From Candidatus Latescibacterota bacterium (lineage in GTDB: Bacteria; Latescibacterota; UBA2968), in assembly GCA_965222605.1 (NCBI GenBank), contig OZ244960.1, forward strand, positions 3,936,001 through 4,000,000: DNA of 64,000 bases, written 5' to 3'. This document shows, one piece after another, positions 1 to 9,545 of the stretch (position 1 is the first letter of the stretch; each line of letters opens with the position of its first letter). The notes beneath the pieces were generated by a model. It saw only the letters and a program-made list of their open reading frames with translations. It was not told the DNA's origin and did no database searches. A program made the translations under genes and the position numbers.

Positions 1-12
1 TCTTGGGGAGAA

Positions 13-819
13 ATGATGCAACCGACTGAAATGGAGGAATATCTTTTCGATTTGCGCGGGTATATTGTGCTGAAAAATGCCGTGGATGCCGAGCATCTCG
101 TCGAACTCAATGAGATTATCGATACGTATCACGATCTCGAACCCGATGGATGGCGGGGGTGGGTTCATCGGAGCGAGCGCGTGCGACATTTGCACAATAT
201 TTTTGAGATGGGTGAACCTTTTGAGCGCCTGATTGACCATCCGTCGTGGATCCATCATATGAGACGTTTTGTCGGTGGGGATGATGGTCTTTTTATCGAT
301 GAATCATTGATCGATATTCGGTCTCGGGGCGGTGCTACGCGCATTCATTCGGGTGCGCACAAAAGGCGTATCCGCACGCAGTTTCGCTTTCACAACAATC
401 AGTTTCGCTGTGGGCAGATCAATATTTTGCTGGCGCTTAATGATATTGGGGATGGCGATGGGGCGACGATGGCGATTCCCGGTTCGCACAAGTCCAATTT
501 GCTTCATCCCGCGTTCGAAGATCCCGAAGGTACGGGTAGTGGGCATTCGCTGGATCGCGTTGAAGCGGCTGTCCAAATTCAGCTCGATGCGGGGGATGCC
601 ATTTTTTTTGTGGATTGTATGGCGCACGGTTCTTCAGAGCGGACGCGCCCGGGCGAGCGTCGCATTGCCATTATTCGCTATGGGCCGCACTGGGGGAATG
701 ACCGATATGGCTATCGGCCTTCGCCCGAACTGATTGCACGTCTGACGCCCGAGCGGCGCAAAATTGTTCAGCCCTTGCCCCCCAGGATGCCGCCGGGTGT
801 GCAGCGCGTGAGTTATTGA
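13..819 (+). CDS. Phytanoyl-CoA dioxygenase (PhyH) family Fe(II)/2OG dioxygenase
   Basis: FDLRGYIVLKNA start, H-x-x metal motif (IHSG), GATMAIPGSHK, AGDAIFF..HGS, R-x-x-I pattern typical of the PhyH family. Confidence 0.85.
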   Translation: MMQPTEMEEYLFDLRGYIVLKNAVDAEHLVELNEIIDTYHDLEPDGWRGWVHRSERVRHLHNIFEMGEPFERLIDHPSWIHHMRRFVGGDDGLFIDESLIDIRSRGGATRIHSGAHKRRIRTQFRFHNNQFRCGQINILLALNDIGDGDGATMAIPGSHKSNLLHPAFEDPEGTGSGHSLDRVEAAVQIQLDAGDAIFFVDCMAHGSSERTRPGERRIAIIRYGPHWGNDRYGYRPSPELIARLTPERRKIVQPLPPRMPPGVQRVSY

Positions 820-834
820 GGAGTTACTTGTGTT

Positions 835-2022
835 ATGGAAAATGGACATGCCCCTCTCGCCCGTTTTACAGTGCTCGATTTGACCCGCGTTCGTGCGGGT
901 CCTACTGCTGTGCGTCAGCTCGCGGATTGGGGTGCGAATATTATCAAGATTGAACCGCCCGAAAATATCGACGCGGCCAAGACCATGGGAGGACCGCGTC
1001 ACGGGCCGGATTTTCAAAATTTGCACAGGAACAAACGCGGGATGACCTTAAATCTCAAAGCCGATGCGGGACACGAGGCGTTTTTCCGCATGGTCAAGCG
1101 CGCGGATGTGGTTGTGGAGAATTTTCGGCCCGATGTCAAAGATCGCCTCGATATCGGGTATGAGAGGTGCAAGGGAGAAAATCCGCGCATTGTGTACGCG
1201 AGTATTTCGGGTTTTGGGCAGGAGGGACCGTACAGATTGCGGCCGGGTTTTGATCAGATCGCACAGGGTATGGGGGGATTGATGTGGATTACGGGTTTGC
1301 CGGGGCAGGGGCCGGTGCGCGTTGGGGTGCCGATTGCAGATCTCGCTTCTGGGCTGTACGCTGCTCTTGGTATTCTCACTGCGTTACTTCAACGCGAAGA
1401 AACTGGGGAAGGGCAGTGGGTGCATACGTCATTGCTGGAAGCACAAATTGCGATGCTGGATTTTCAGGCGGCGCGATGGCTGATTGCGAATGAGGTGCCC
1501 GAGCAGGCGGGCAATAATCATCCCACGAGTATTCCGACGGGTGTGTTTCAAACCCGCGATGGGTATATCAATATTGCCTGTAGTGGGGAGCTTATGTGGC
1601 AGCGTCTGTGCGATGTGCTGGATGCTGGGGATTTGTACAGGGATCAGAGGTTTTCCAATGGGGAAGCGCGATTGACGAATCGGGATGTGCTAAATGAGAG
1701 TTTGCAAGAGCATTTTGCAAGGCGAGGTAGTGCCTATTGGATTGATGCGCTGAATGCCGCGGGTGTGCCGTGTGGACCGATTTATCACATGGATGAGATG
1801 TGGTCCGATCCGCAGGTTATGCACTTGAAGATGTCGCGCTCGGTCACTCACAGCGTTATGGGAGATTATGATTTGGTGAGAAATGCTACGAATTTGAGCA
1901 ATGCGCCAGATCTGCCCTACAGGGCGTCACCCGAACGGGGTGAGCATACGGATGAGATTTTGAGGGAGTTTGGGTTTTCGGAAGATGAAATTGCGACTAT
2001 GAAAGAGGAGAATATCGTTTGA
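835..2022 (+). CDS. CaiB/BaiF family (class III) CoA transferase
   Basis: VLDLTRVRAGP, IIKIEP, NLHRNKRGMTLNLK, DVVVENFRP, SISGFGQEGP, GEHTDEIL. Confidence 0.92.
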   Translation: MENGHAPLARFTVLDLTRVRAGPTAVRQLADWGANIIKIEPPENIDAAKTMGGPRHGPDFQNLHRNKRGMTLNLKADAGHEAFFRMVKRADVVVENFRPDVKDRLDIGYERCKGENPRIVYASISGFGQEGPYRLRPGFDQIAQGMGGLMWITGLPGQGPVRVGVPIADLASGLYAALGILTALLQREETGEGQWVHTSLLEAQIAMLDFQAARWLIANEVPEQAGNNHPTSIPTGVFQTRDGYINIACSGELMWQRLCDVLDAGDLYRDQRFSNGEARLTNRDVLNESLQEHFARRGSAYWIDALNAAGVPCGPIYHMDEMWSDPQVMHLKMSRSVTHSVMGDYDLVRNATNLSNAPDLPYRASPERGEHTDEILREFGFSEDEIATMKEENIV

Positions 2023-2042
2023 TATTCTCTGTGAGGTATTCA

Positions 2043-2828
2043 ATGACAGATAAAATAATTGTTCAGAAAGATGGCGGTGTTGGACATATTCGCCTGAATC
2101 AGCCGGAGAAACACAATGCCATTTCTTATGATATGTGGCAGGGTATGGCGCGGGCTATTGACGATTTTGAATCGGACGATGCTGTTCGCGTTATTGTGCT
2201 TTCGGGCGAAGGTGGTAGGGCTTTTTCTGCGGGGGCGGATATTTCGCAGTTTGAGGAGAGACGCGGATCGGCAGATGCGGTGGAAGTTTATAACGCGACT
2301 ATGGGGCACGCTTATGAGAAGCTCGCGCAGGTGCTCAAACCGACGATTGCAAAAATTGCGGGGTATTGTCTTGGCGGGGGGCTTGCTACTGCGCTGTGTT
2401 GCGATTTGCGGATTGCGTCCGATGATTCGTCTTTTGCCATTCCCGCTGCGAAGTTGGGCCTGGGGTATGGGTACGGTGCGCTCAAACCGCTCGTGAGTCT
2501 GGTGGGACCAGCCAATGCGTGTGAGATTTTGTTCACGGCTCGTCGGTTTAATGCGTCTGAAGCATACCACATGGGTCTGATTAACCGGGTTTTGTCGCGG
2601 GATGCGCTGGACGCTTATGTGGATGATTATGCGGAGACTATTGCGGGCAATGCGCCGCTTACGATTAGAGCGAGCAAACAGATTATTGCAGAGATTGGCA
2701 AAGATGCAGATGAGCGCGACCTCGATTTGTGCCAGCGGGTTATCGATGCCTGTTTTGAGAGTGAGGATTACAAAGAGGGCCGCGCAGCATTTATGGAGAA
2801 GCGCAAGCCAGATTTTCAGGGGAGATGA
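2043..2828 (+). CDS. Enoyl-CoA hydratase/isomerase (crotonase)
   Basis: LNQPEKHNA, AFSAGADI, GYCLGGG, CDLRIAS, EGRAAFMEKRKPDFQGR; ATG at 2043 follows a GAGG RBS. Confidence 0.92.
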   Translation: MTDKIIVQKDGGVGHIRLNQPEKHNAISYDMWQGMARAIDDFESDDAVRVIVLSGEGGRAFSAGADISQFEERRGSADAVEVYNATMGHAYEKLAQVLKPTIAKIAGYCLGGGLATALCCDLRIASDDSSFAIPAAKLGLGYGYGALKPLVSLVGPANACEILFTARRFNASEAYHMGLINRVLSRDALDAYVDDYAETIAGNAPLTIRASKQIIAEIGKDADERDLDLCQRVIDACFESEDYKEGRAAFMEKRKPDFQGR

Positions 2829-2830
2829 CC

Positions 2831-3736
2831 CTATCCCCAGAGTGTTTTTAGCCGCGGGATTAAAATTTCTGTGTCGCGGTCGTGGACTTCTCCTTGCCAC
2901 ATCTGATTTGTTTTTACGGGTGAGCGGTCAAAGGAAGCCTGCATCAGGTCGGGCAGGTCCAGCGTGCGGAAGCGCGTTTTGAAATAGCCGTCTTCTGTGA
3001 GCCAGACTTCGCGGAAGCCCAATGGGAAACCGATCAGGCAGGCGGTGTCAACAATGAGGAAGTCGCGATATGTGCGGATGCGGTTTATGTGTCTGTGTCC
3101 GGTGAAGATGGCAATTACGGCGGGCAGGTCTTTTACGGTTTCCATGAGTTGTTCGGCGTTGTTGACAAAGCCACCCGGTTCAAAGTCGGCTTGGGCTTCG
3201 TATTGGGGGAAGACCCAGGGGTGGATGAACAGGATCAGGGCGCAACGGTCATCATAAGCTTTTGCGGCGGCTTCGCGCAAGATGCGGTCGTGCGTTTCTG
3301 TCCATGTGCCCAAACTGTCTTCAAGTGGGCTGACGGGATACACGTTGGCGAGCGCCAGGCGCAGGCGCGGCGAGGCTTCGACGATGTCCAGGGTTTCGGG
3401 GATTGGAAATTGTCTGGCAAAAGCCTCAAAACTCCCTTCCTGCGCATCGCAATCGTGATTGCCCGGGACATAGTATATGGGCGCGTGAAGGTCGTCAAAT
3501 GCGTTTTTGACTTCGTCTATGGTTTGTAAATAAATATCAAAGGGCATTTCAAATGCCCCACCTCCGCAGACCAGGTCGCCGCCGTGTACGATGAAGTTCG
3601 CTTTGCAGGCGTTGATGGCCGGTACCATTGCATGGTGTATTTCATGGCTGCGCGTTAGCATTTTGGGCGCGCCGAAGTCGTCTGTGGCAGCGGCGTGGTG
3701 ATGGCTGTCTGTGACAAATACGAAGTGTGAAGGCAT
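2831..3736 (-). CDS. Calcineurin-like metallophosphoesterase
   Basis: VTDSH, HGGDL, VPGNHD and FTGHRH motifs. Confidence 0.88.
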   Translation of the reverse strand: MPSHFVFVTDSHHHAAATDDFGAPKMLTRSHEIHHAMVPAINACKANFIVHGGDLVCGGGAFEMPFDIYLQTIDEVKNAFDDLHAPIYYVPGNHDCDAQEGSFEAFARQFPIPETLDIVEASPRLRLALANVYPVSPLEDSLGTWTETHDRILREAAAKAYDDRCALILFIHPWVFPQYEAQADFEPGGFVNNAEQLMETVKDLPAVIAIFTGHRHINRIRTYRDFLIVDTACLIGFPLGFREVWLTEDGYFKTRFRTLDLPDLMQASFDRSPVKTNQMWQGEVHDRDTEILIPRLKTLWG

Positions 3737-3769
3737 GTGGTCTCCTTGGTTCAGGGTTGTTGGGTAATA

Positions 3770-3918
3770 GTTGTAATTGTACCGCCGCTCGGTTTTTCGC
3801 CTGTATCAATCGAAATGAATCCATCCAGACGCAGTATTGCCAGATCAATGCTGCTTTTCTTGTGTACAACATTTTGTAGATTTGGGCTTCTTCATCCCAC
3901 AAGACGGAATCGTAATGC
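3770..3918 (-). pseudogene. Internally deleted remnant of a beta-propeller glycoside-hydrolase-like gene
   Basis: Minus strand reads YDSVLWDEEAQIYKMLY, then in a shifted frame SIDLAILRLDGFISIDTGEKPSGGTITT; from memory these resemble motifs normally far apart in one large protein family. Confidence 0.45.
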
Positions 3919-4018
3919 TATCTCCTTATTTTAATATTGTGAGATGGCGAAGTATAGAGCTTTTTTTATTGGTTGATAGGGGCCGAGTCGCCTGTAATAT
4001 CAAATACAAGGGGTATCC

Positions 4019-6034
4019 ATGGCAAATAGTTCGAGTGCTCGTGCGGATTTTGGTGAACACATCGGTTTTATCTGGTCTATTGCGGAGCTTCTGCGAGGCA
4101 ATTACAAGCAGTCGGAATACGGAAAGGTGGTGCTGCCGTTCACGATTTTGCGACGGCTCGATTGCGTGTTGGTGCCGACGAAAGACGCTGTGCAGGCGCA
4201 GTTGGAAAATCTGCCTGAGAATATTGACGAGACAATGCGCGAGACGATGCTCAATATAGCGAGTAGAAACAATTTTCACAATACGAGTCCGTTTACCTTT
4301 GAGAAGTTGCTGGACGATCCTGATAATATCGCTGCGAATTTGAACAATATGATTAATGGTTTTTCTTTTGATGCGCGTGATATTTTTATCGACCGCTTTA
4401 ATCTGCCCGAGCAGGTTGTGCGGCTCGACCGGGATAATTTGCTCTATCTGATTGTCAGCCGCTTTGCACAGGCGGATTTGCATCCAGATCGCGTTTCCAA
4501 TCTGCAAATGGGATATATTTTTGAAGAACTCATCCGCAGGTTTTCCGAGCAGAGCAATGAGACGGCTGGCGAACATTTTACGCCTCGTGAAGTTATCCGG
4601 TTGATGGTTAATCTTCTTTTTTTAGAGGATGAGGCTGCTCTTACCCAACGGGGTATTATTCGCAAGTTGTACGATCCGGCATGTGGCACAGGCGGGATGC
4701 TTTCTATTGCGGAGGAGTATCTCAGGGAACTCAATCCTGAAGCCAGTCTGATTGTGTACGGGCAGGAGTTGAATGATGAGAGTTATGCGACCTGTAAATC
4801 AGATATGATGATCAAGGGGCAAGAGGCCAAAAATATCTATCCCGGCAATAGTTTCACAGAAGATGGCCTTCCCGATGAGCAATTTGACTATATGTTGTCC
4901 AATCCGCCGTTTGGCGTTGAGTGGAAGAAGGTGAAATCCGAGGTTAAGGACGAAGCCAATCACCTCGGTTATAGAGGGCGCTTTGGCGCGGGGCTTCCGC
5001 GTGTTAGCGATGGTTCGCTGCTTTTTGTGCAGCACATGATTTCAAAGTTCAATCAGAATGGCGATTTGTCCCGTCTGGCTGTTGTGCTCAATGGTTCGCC
5101 CCTTTTTACAGGCAGTGCAGGCAGTGGGGAGAGCGAGATCCGCCGATGGATTATTGAGAATGATTATTTGGAAGCGATTATAGCCCTGCCTACGGATATG
5201 TTTTACAACACGGGTATTGCGACCTATATCTGGATTATTACAAATCAGAAGACGCCGCAGCGCAAGGATAAAGTGCAATTGATCGATGCCACAGATTTTC
5301 ACGTTGGGATGCGAAAGAGTCTGGGCAGCAAGCGCAAGCAGATTTCCGATGAACAGATCGCGGAGATTACGCAATTGTTCGGCGATTTTGAGGATGTGAA
5401 AGCATGTCCTGAAAAGGGTTTATTCAGGGACCGCGTGAAGATTTTTGACAATATTGATTTCGGGTATCAGCGCATTACCATTGAACGGCCGCTCAAGCGC
5501 AATTTTCATGTGTGTGAAGATCGCATTGAGATTCTTAAATCGGCGAGGAGCTTTACCCGTCTGCCTCAAGAACAGCAACAGCGCATTCTCGAGGTTCTGG
5601 ATAAGCTTGAGGGTGATTGCAAATACAAAAATCGCGATGAGTTCATTGGCATTCTTACGGATGCTTTTACAGAGGCGCAAGTGAATATTACAACGGCCCA
5701 GTTGAAGTTGATTTATCAATCCCTGAGTGAGTATGACGAAACCGCTGATGTTTGTACTAACCGCAAAGGTGAACCAGAACCCGATTCCGATTTGCGCGAT
5801 TATGAGAATGTGCCGTTGCGAGAGGATATCGATGCGTACTTCGTACGCGAAATCCAGCCCCATGTGCCCGATGCGTGGATTGATTACAGCAAGACCAAAG
5901 TGGGTTACGAAATTCCTTTTAACCGGTATTTCTATGTGTTCAAATCACCCCGCGAGTTGGATGAGATTGATGCGGATTTGAAAGGTGTGACGGATGGTAT
6001 TGTCGAAATGATTGGAGGGTTTTTAGATGGGTGA
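4019..6034 (+). CDS. hsdM: Type I restriction-modification methyltransferase subunit M
   Basis: IWSIAELLRG, GEHFTPREV, YDPACGTGGML, YGQELN, catalytic NPPF, FYNTGIATYIW, KVGYEIPFNRYFY. Confidence 0.96.
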   Translation: MANSSSARADFGEHIGFIWSIAELLRGNYKQSEYGKVVLPFTILRRLDCVLVPTKDAVQAQLENLPENIDETMRETMLNIASRNNFHNTSPFTFEKLLDDPDNIAANLNNMINGFSFDARDIFIDRFNLPEQVVRLDRDNLLYLIVSRFAQADLHPDRVSNLQMGYIFEELIRRFSEQSNETAGEHFTPREVIRLMVNLLFLEDEAALTQRGIIRKLYDPACGTGGMLSIAEEYLRELNPEASLIVYGQELNDESYATCKSDMMIKGQEAKNIYPGNSFTEDGLPDEQFDYMLSNPPFGVEWKKVKSEVKDEANHLGYRGRFGAGLPRVSDGSLLFVQHMISKFNQNGDLSRLAVVLNGSPLFTGSAGSGESEIRRWIIENDYLEAIIALPTDMFYNTGIATYIWIITNQKTPQRKDKVQLIDATDFHVGMRKSLGSKRKQISDEQIAEITQLFGDFEDVKACPEKGLFRDRVKIFDNIDFGYQRITIERPLKRNFHVCEDRIEILKSARSFTRLPQEQQQRILEVLDKLEGDCKYKNRDEFIGILTDAFTEAQVNITTAQLKLIYQSLSEYDETADVCTNRKGEPEPDSDLRDYENVPLREDIDAYFVREIQPHVPDAWIDYSKTKVGYEIPFNRYFYVFKSPRELDEIDADLKGVTDGIVEMIGGFLDG

Positions 6035-6059
6035 TAACCTTTAGTGCAGGTTATCAATT

Positions 6060-6087
6060 GTAGGGGCGAGGCATGCCTCGCCCGCAC
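6060..6087 (+). repeat. GTAG-type REP palindrome (copy 1)
   Basis: GTAGGGGCGAGGCATGCCTCGCCC: GTAG followed by a GC-rich hairpin, immediately 5' of the RAYT. Confidence 0.8.
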
Positions 6088-6113
6088 AGGGTTGAGGATG
6101 CGGAGGCCAGAAC

Positions 6114-6653
6114 ATGCGATATGATCCCAATAAGCACCATCGCCGTTCAATCCGTTTGAAGGGATTTGATTACACGCGAGAAGCCGCGTATTTCGTGACG
6201 ATTTGCATCCAAAATGGGACATGTCTGTTCGGTGAAATTGTGAACGGACAGATGCGGCTGAACGATGCCGGACGGGTGGCGCAAATGGTGTGGAAGGCAA
6301 TTCCCACCCATTTCCCCCATGTGGAAATAGATGCCTGGGTTGTCATGCCCAATCATGTACACGGTATTATCATCATCGTAGGGGCGACGCATGCGTCGCC
6401 CCCGCGGCAATCAGGTCCGACGAAAGGTTCCCTCGGTGCAATTGTCGGTTCGTATAAATCTGCCGTGTCCAGACAGATCAACCAATTACATGGCACCCCC
6501 GGTGCTTTGGTTTGGCAACGCAATTATTATGAACATATCATCCGGAATAACACCGGCCTGAACCGTATTCGGAAATACATTGCAGACAATCCAGCACATT
6601 GGGACGAGGACATGGAAAACCCCATCCATCGCGGTAAAGGACATACACCTTGA
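6114..6653 (+). mobile_element. REP-associated tyrosine transposase (RAYT, IS200/IS605 Y1 HUH family)
   Basis: HHRRSIRLKGFDY, YFVTIC, VVMPNHVHGI (HUH), WQRNYYEHIIR, YIADNP; flanked by and containing GTAG REPs. Confidence 0.93.
6378..6402 (+). repeat. GTAG-type REP (copy 2), in frame inside the RAYT
   Basis: GTAGGGGCGACGCATGCGTCGCCCC encodes VGATHASP. Confidence 0.8.
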
Positions 6654-6682
6654 TTTACAACATAAAACCCAGGGCCAGTACC

Positions 6683-6706
6683 GTAGGGGCGACGCATGTG
6701 TCGCCC
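6683..6706 (+). repeat. GTAG-type REP (copy 3)
   Basis: GTAGGGGCGACGCATGTGTCGCCC, 3' of the RAYT. Confidence 0.8.
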
Positions 6707-6804
6707 GATTCGCAATGCGATAAAGGATATTCACCATGATTCACAAAATAAAACCCTATCCCGCCGTTGGTTAATAACGCGATTCCTGGTCGTGTCTTTG
6801 ATAA

Positions 6805-6930
6805 AAAAGTGTCACCACTGGTGACACAAATCGCAGGCTGTGTTTAACCCGCCAAAAGTCTCACCGGTGGTGCGACAATTATCGGGACCGTGTTCAAGCC
6901 GCCAAAAGTCTCAGCACCGCTGAGACAATT
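6805..6930. repeat. Three tandem imperfect palindromic units, period 49-50 bp
   Basis: AAAAGTGTCACCACTGGTGACACAAAT / AAAAGTCTCACCGGTGGTGCGACAATT / AAAAGTCTCAGCACCGCTGAGACAATT. Confidence 0.75.
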
Positions 6931-6999
6931 ATATCCAGAAGCCCAGGAAATGCTTAAGGATGTCTATTTGTAATACGAGTCTGCTGAGGAGAACGACAC

Positions 7000-8316
7000 A
7001 TGAGCTTTCGGAAGTATGCGAAATATAAGGAGAGTGGGGTTGAGTGGTTGGGAGAAGTGCCGAAGCATTGGGAGATGAGGCGGCTTAAATTCTGCGTCCA
7101 ATTGACAGACCAAAAAATTGAAGCTGATCGAGAAAAGCCTTTGCCGTATGTTGGCTTGGAGAATATTCAGTCTTGGACGGGGAAGCTACTGACTATTGAC
7201 CCAAATGTTGTTCCAACAAGTATTGCTAATCATTTTGGCAAAGGGATGACCTTATTTGGCAAACTTCGGCCATATCTCGCCAAAGCCTGTAACCCAGACT
7301 TTGAAGGCTTGTGTTCAACAGAACTTCTGGTTTTCAAGAGTACTGGTTTTGATCGGCGTTTATTGTTGTACTTGTTGCTTACCGATGGATTTATCAAGGT
7401 GGTTGATTCATCAACTTATGGAGCAAAGATGCCTCGGGCGAATTGGGATTTCATCGGTAACTGTATTGTTCCTGTACCCCCACTCGAAGAACAAAAACGA
7501 ATCGCCGCATTTCTCGACAGAGAAACGACAAAGATCGACACCCTCATTGACAAGCATGAGCAATTGATCACACTGCTTCAAGAAAAGCGGCAGGCGATCA
7601 TTTCACATGCCGTTACCAGAGGATTGAATTCAAATGTGAAGATGAAAGACAGTGGGATTGAGTGGTTGGGGGAGGTGCCGGTAGAGTGGCAGGTGAAAAA
7701 GCTGAAGTTTGTTGCGAGGGTTCAGCCGAGTAACGTGGATAAGAAGAGCAAAAAGAATGAAAAGGAAGTTCTGCTTTGTAACTATACCGATGTTTATTAC
7801 AACGGAAAGATTACAGAAAATTTGCCCCTTATGAAGTCAACTGCGTCCGATGTTCAGATTAGAAAGTTCACTTTGAAAAGAGGGGACACTATAATCACAA
7901 AGGATTCTGAAGATCCCAACGACATTGCCGTACCTGCTTATGTACCACAGGATTTGGAAGGTGTAATCTGTGGTTATCACTTAGCCCTGCTAAGACCTGG
8001 GAAAGGGACATGCGGCGAGTATTTGAAGCGGGTCATGGACTCTCGATATGCAAGAAGTGTTTTTGCTACCCGAGCTAATGGCATAACGCGATATGGTCTT
8101 GCAACTTATGCCATCAGTAATTTCATAATCCCGTTGCCTCCACTCGAAGAACAAAAGCAAATCGCCGTATTCCTCGACAAAGAAACGACGAAGATTGATA
8201 CCCTCATTGAGCAGTGTAAAACGGCGATTGAGCTACTCAGAGAACGCCGAACCGCGCTCATCTCCGCTGCGGTGACGGGGAAAATGATGTGCGGCGTGCT
8301 ATCTAAAGGAGGATGA
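7000..8316 (+). CDS. hsdS: Type I restriction-modification specificity subunit S
   Basis: YKESGVEWLGEVP, two TRDs, repeated PPLEEQK.IA.FLD.ET.KIDTLI helices, ERRTALISAAVTGK. Confidence 0.95.
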   Translation: MSFRKYAKYKESGVEWLGEVPKHWEMRRLKFCVQLTDQKIEADREKPLPYVGLENIQSWTGKLLTIDPNVVPTSIANHFGKGMTLFGKLRPYLAKACNPDFEGLCSTELLVFKSTGFDRRLLLYLLLTDGFIKVVDSSTYGAKMPRANWDFIGNCIVPVPPLEEQKRIAAFLDRETTKIDTLIDKHEQLITLLQEKRQAIISHAVTRGLNSNVKMKDSGIEWLGEVPVEWQVKKLKFVARVQPSNVDKKSKKNEKEVLLCNYTDVYYNGKITENLPLMKSTASDVQIRKFTLKRGDTIITKDSEDPNDIAVPAYVPQDLEGVICGYHLALLRPGKGTCGEYLKRVMDSRYARSVFATRANGITRYGLATYAISNFIIPLPPLEEQKQIAVFLDKETTKIDTLIEQCKTAIELLRERRTALISAAVTGKMMCGVLSKGG

Positions 8317-8317
8317 T

Positions 8318-9187
8318 ATGAGCAAGAATGCTGATGACTCTGGGAAGATTCGTTGGTGGCCTTTTTGGTTGATACTTTCATTTGCGGTAATCTTTTGGTT
8401 CGCACTCGTTATAGAATGGTTCCCAGGGTGGATTGATGAGAGTAAAAGAGGAGTATTTGGAGACTCGTTTGGGGTCGTCAATGCCCTGTTCTCTGGATTG
8501 GCCTTTGCGGGTGTCATTTTTGCAATACTACTTCAGAAAAAGGAACTTGAGCTTCAAAGAGTTGCAATCAAGGGTGAAAAGGAAGCGTTTCAGAAGCAGA
8601 ATTTTGAGAGTTCCTTCTTTCAACTTCTCACCATGCACAGCGAGATTGTCAATTCAATAGTGATTCGAAAAGGAATCGACGGAGAATATTTTGGGCGGAA
8701 GTGCTTTGGTTACATGCTAAAAGAGTTTAAAAGTATTTATGTGTCAGATATGAGAAATGATGGGTTATCGGGGGTCGTATTAGAGGGTGCATTAAAAGGT
8801 GCGCGAAAAGGTGAACTGGATGTAACTGAGGAGTTAAGACAGTTGATAGATGAGAAGGTACGTAAAAAGTACGAGAAATTTTTTGCTGAATATCAGCCAT
8901 ATGTTGGTCCTTACTTTCGTCACCTGTACCAGGCTGTCAAATTTGTGGATCAAAGCGACTTTCTCAAAGAATTTGAAGCAAAGAAGTTCTACACCAATCT
9001 TATCCGCGCGCAACTATCAAGTGATGAATTGGGGCTTCTCTTTTACAATTGTCTGAGTGACCGGGGGGCTAAGTTCAAATGTTTGGTTGAGAAGTATGCC
9101 CTTTTTAAGGATATGAGTTTTGAAGTGCTCATGAATGAAGAACACCAGAATCTCTACGCCCCAAGTGCTTATGGCGAATCCAAATAA
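8318..9187 (+). CDS. Putative phage abortive infection protein (putAbiC-like), N-terminal membrane helices
   Basis: GVFGDSFG..NALFSGLAF, QNFESSFFQLL, YFRHLYQAVKFVD, YTNLIRAQLSSDELGLLFYNCL, LVEKYALF. Confidence 0.8.
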   Translation: MSKNADDSGKIRWWPFWLILSFAVIFWFALVIEWFPGWIDESKRGVFGDSFGVVNALFSGLAFAGVIFAILLQKKELELQRVAIKGEKEAFQKQNFESSFFQLLTMHSEIVNSIVIRKGIDGEYFGRKCFGYMLKEFKSIYVSDMRNDGLSGVVLEGALKGARKGELDVTEELRQLIDEKVRKKYEKFFAEYQPYVGPYFRHLYQAVKFVDQSDFLKEFEAKKFYTNLIRAQLSSDELGLLFYNCLSDRGAKFKCLVEKYALFKDMSFEVLMNEEHQNLYAPSAYGESK

Positions 9188-9197
9188 AAAAATAAAA

Positions 9198-9227
9198 TCG
9201 CCGTCTTCCTTCACAGAGAGACGGCGA
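9198..9227 (-). terminator. Intrinsic terminator hairpin, U-tract on the minus strand
   Basis: TCGCCGTCT..AGACGGCGA stem preceded by an A-rich tract on +, between convergent genes. Confidence 0.6.
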
Positions 9228-9252
9228 AGATGGATACTCTTGCAGAAACAGG

Positions 9253-9513
9253 TCAATTTAGAGTATATTCTTTCCATGGAATAGCCGATAGTGGAACATT
9301 AGCCATAAAGTCCACAATATCTCTGCGACCATAATAAGATGCATGACCTTGATGATCCTGAGCCATAAGCACTAGTGGGCAACCAGAAAAAACAGGAGCA
9401 AAGGACTGAATCGTATTTTGAGCAGAATGAGGGTTGTCCAGGACATGCTTTTTGACGATGACAATAGCAAACGTGACGCCTTGCTCTCGAATTACAGCAC
9501 CTTGAAATTTCAT
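9253..9513 (-). CDS. Small conserved-looking hypothetical protein (86 aa)
   Basis: AAGGAG RBS, globular composition, follows the YjzC-like gene and precedes a minus-strand terminator. Confidence 0.7.
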   Translation of the reverse strand: MKFQGAVIREQGVTFAIVIVKKHVLDNPHSAQNTIQSFAPVFSGCPLVLMAQDHQGHASYYGRRDIVDFMANVPLSAIPWKEYTLN

Positions 9514-9545
9514 GATGTGCTACTCCTTACTATGGGGTATAATAA

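Noticed and set aside
6805-6930. CRISPR array
   Set aside because: Only three degenerate units, short intervening sequences that resemble each other, and no cas genes in the window.
7478-8210. Direct repeats within hsdS as an invertible/shufflon system
   Set aside because: These are the normal duplicated conserved regions of HsdS, in direct orientation, and no recombinase is nearby.
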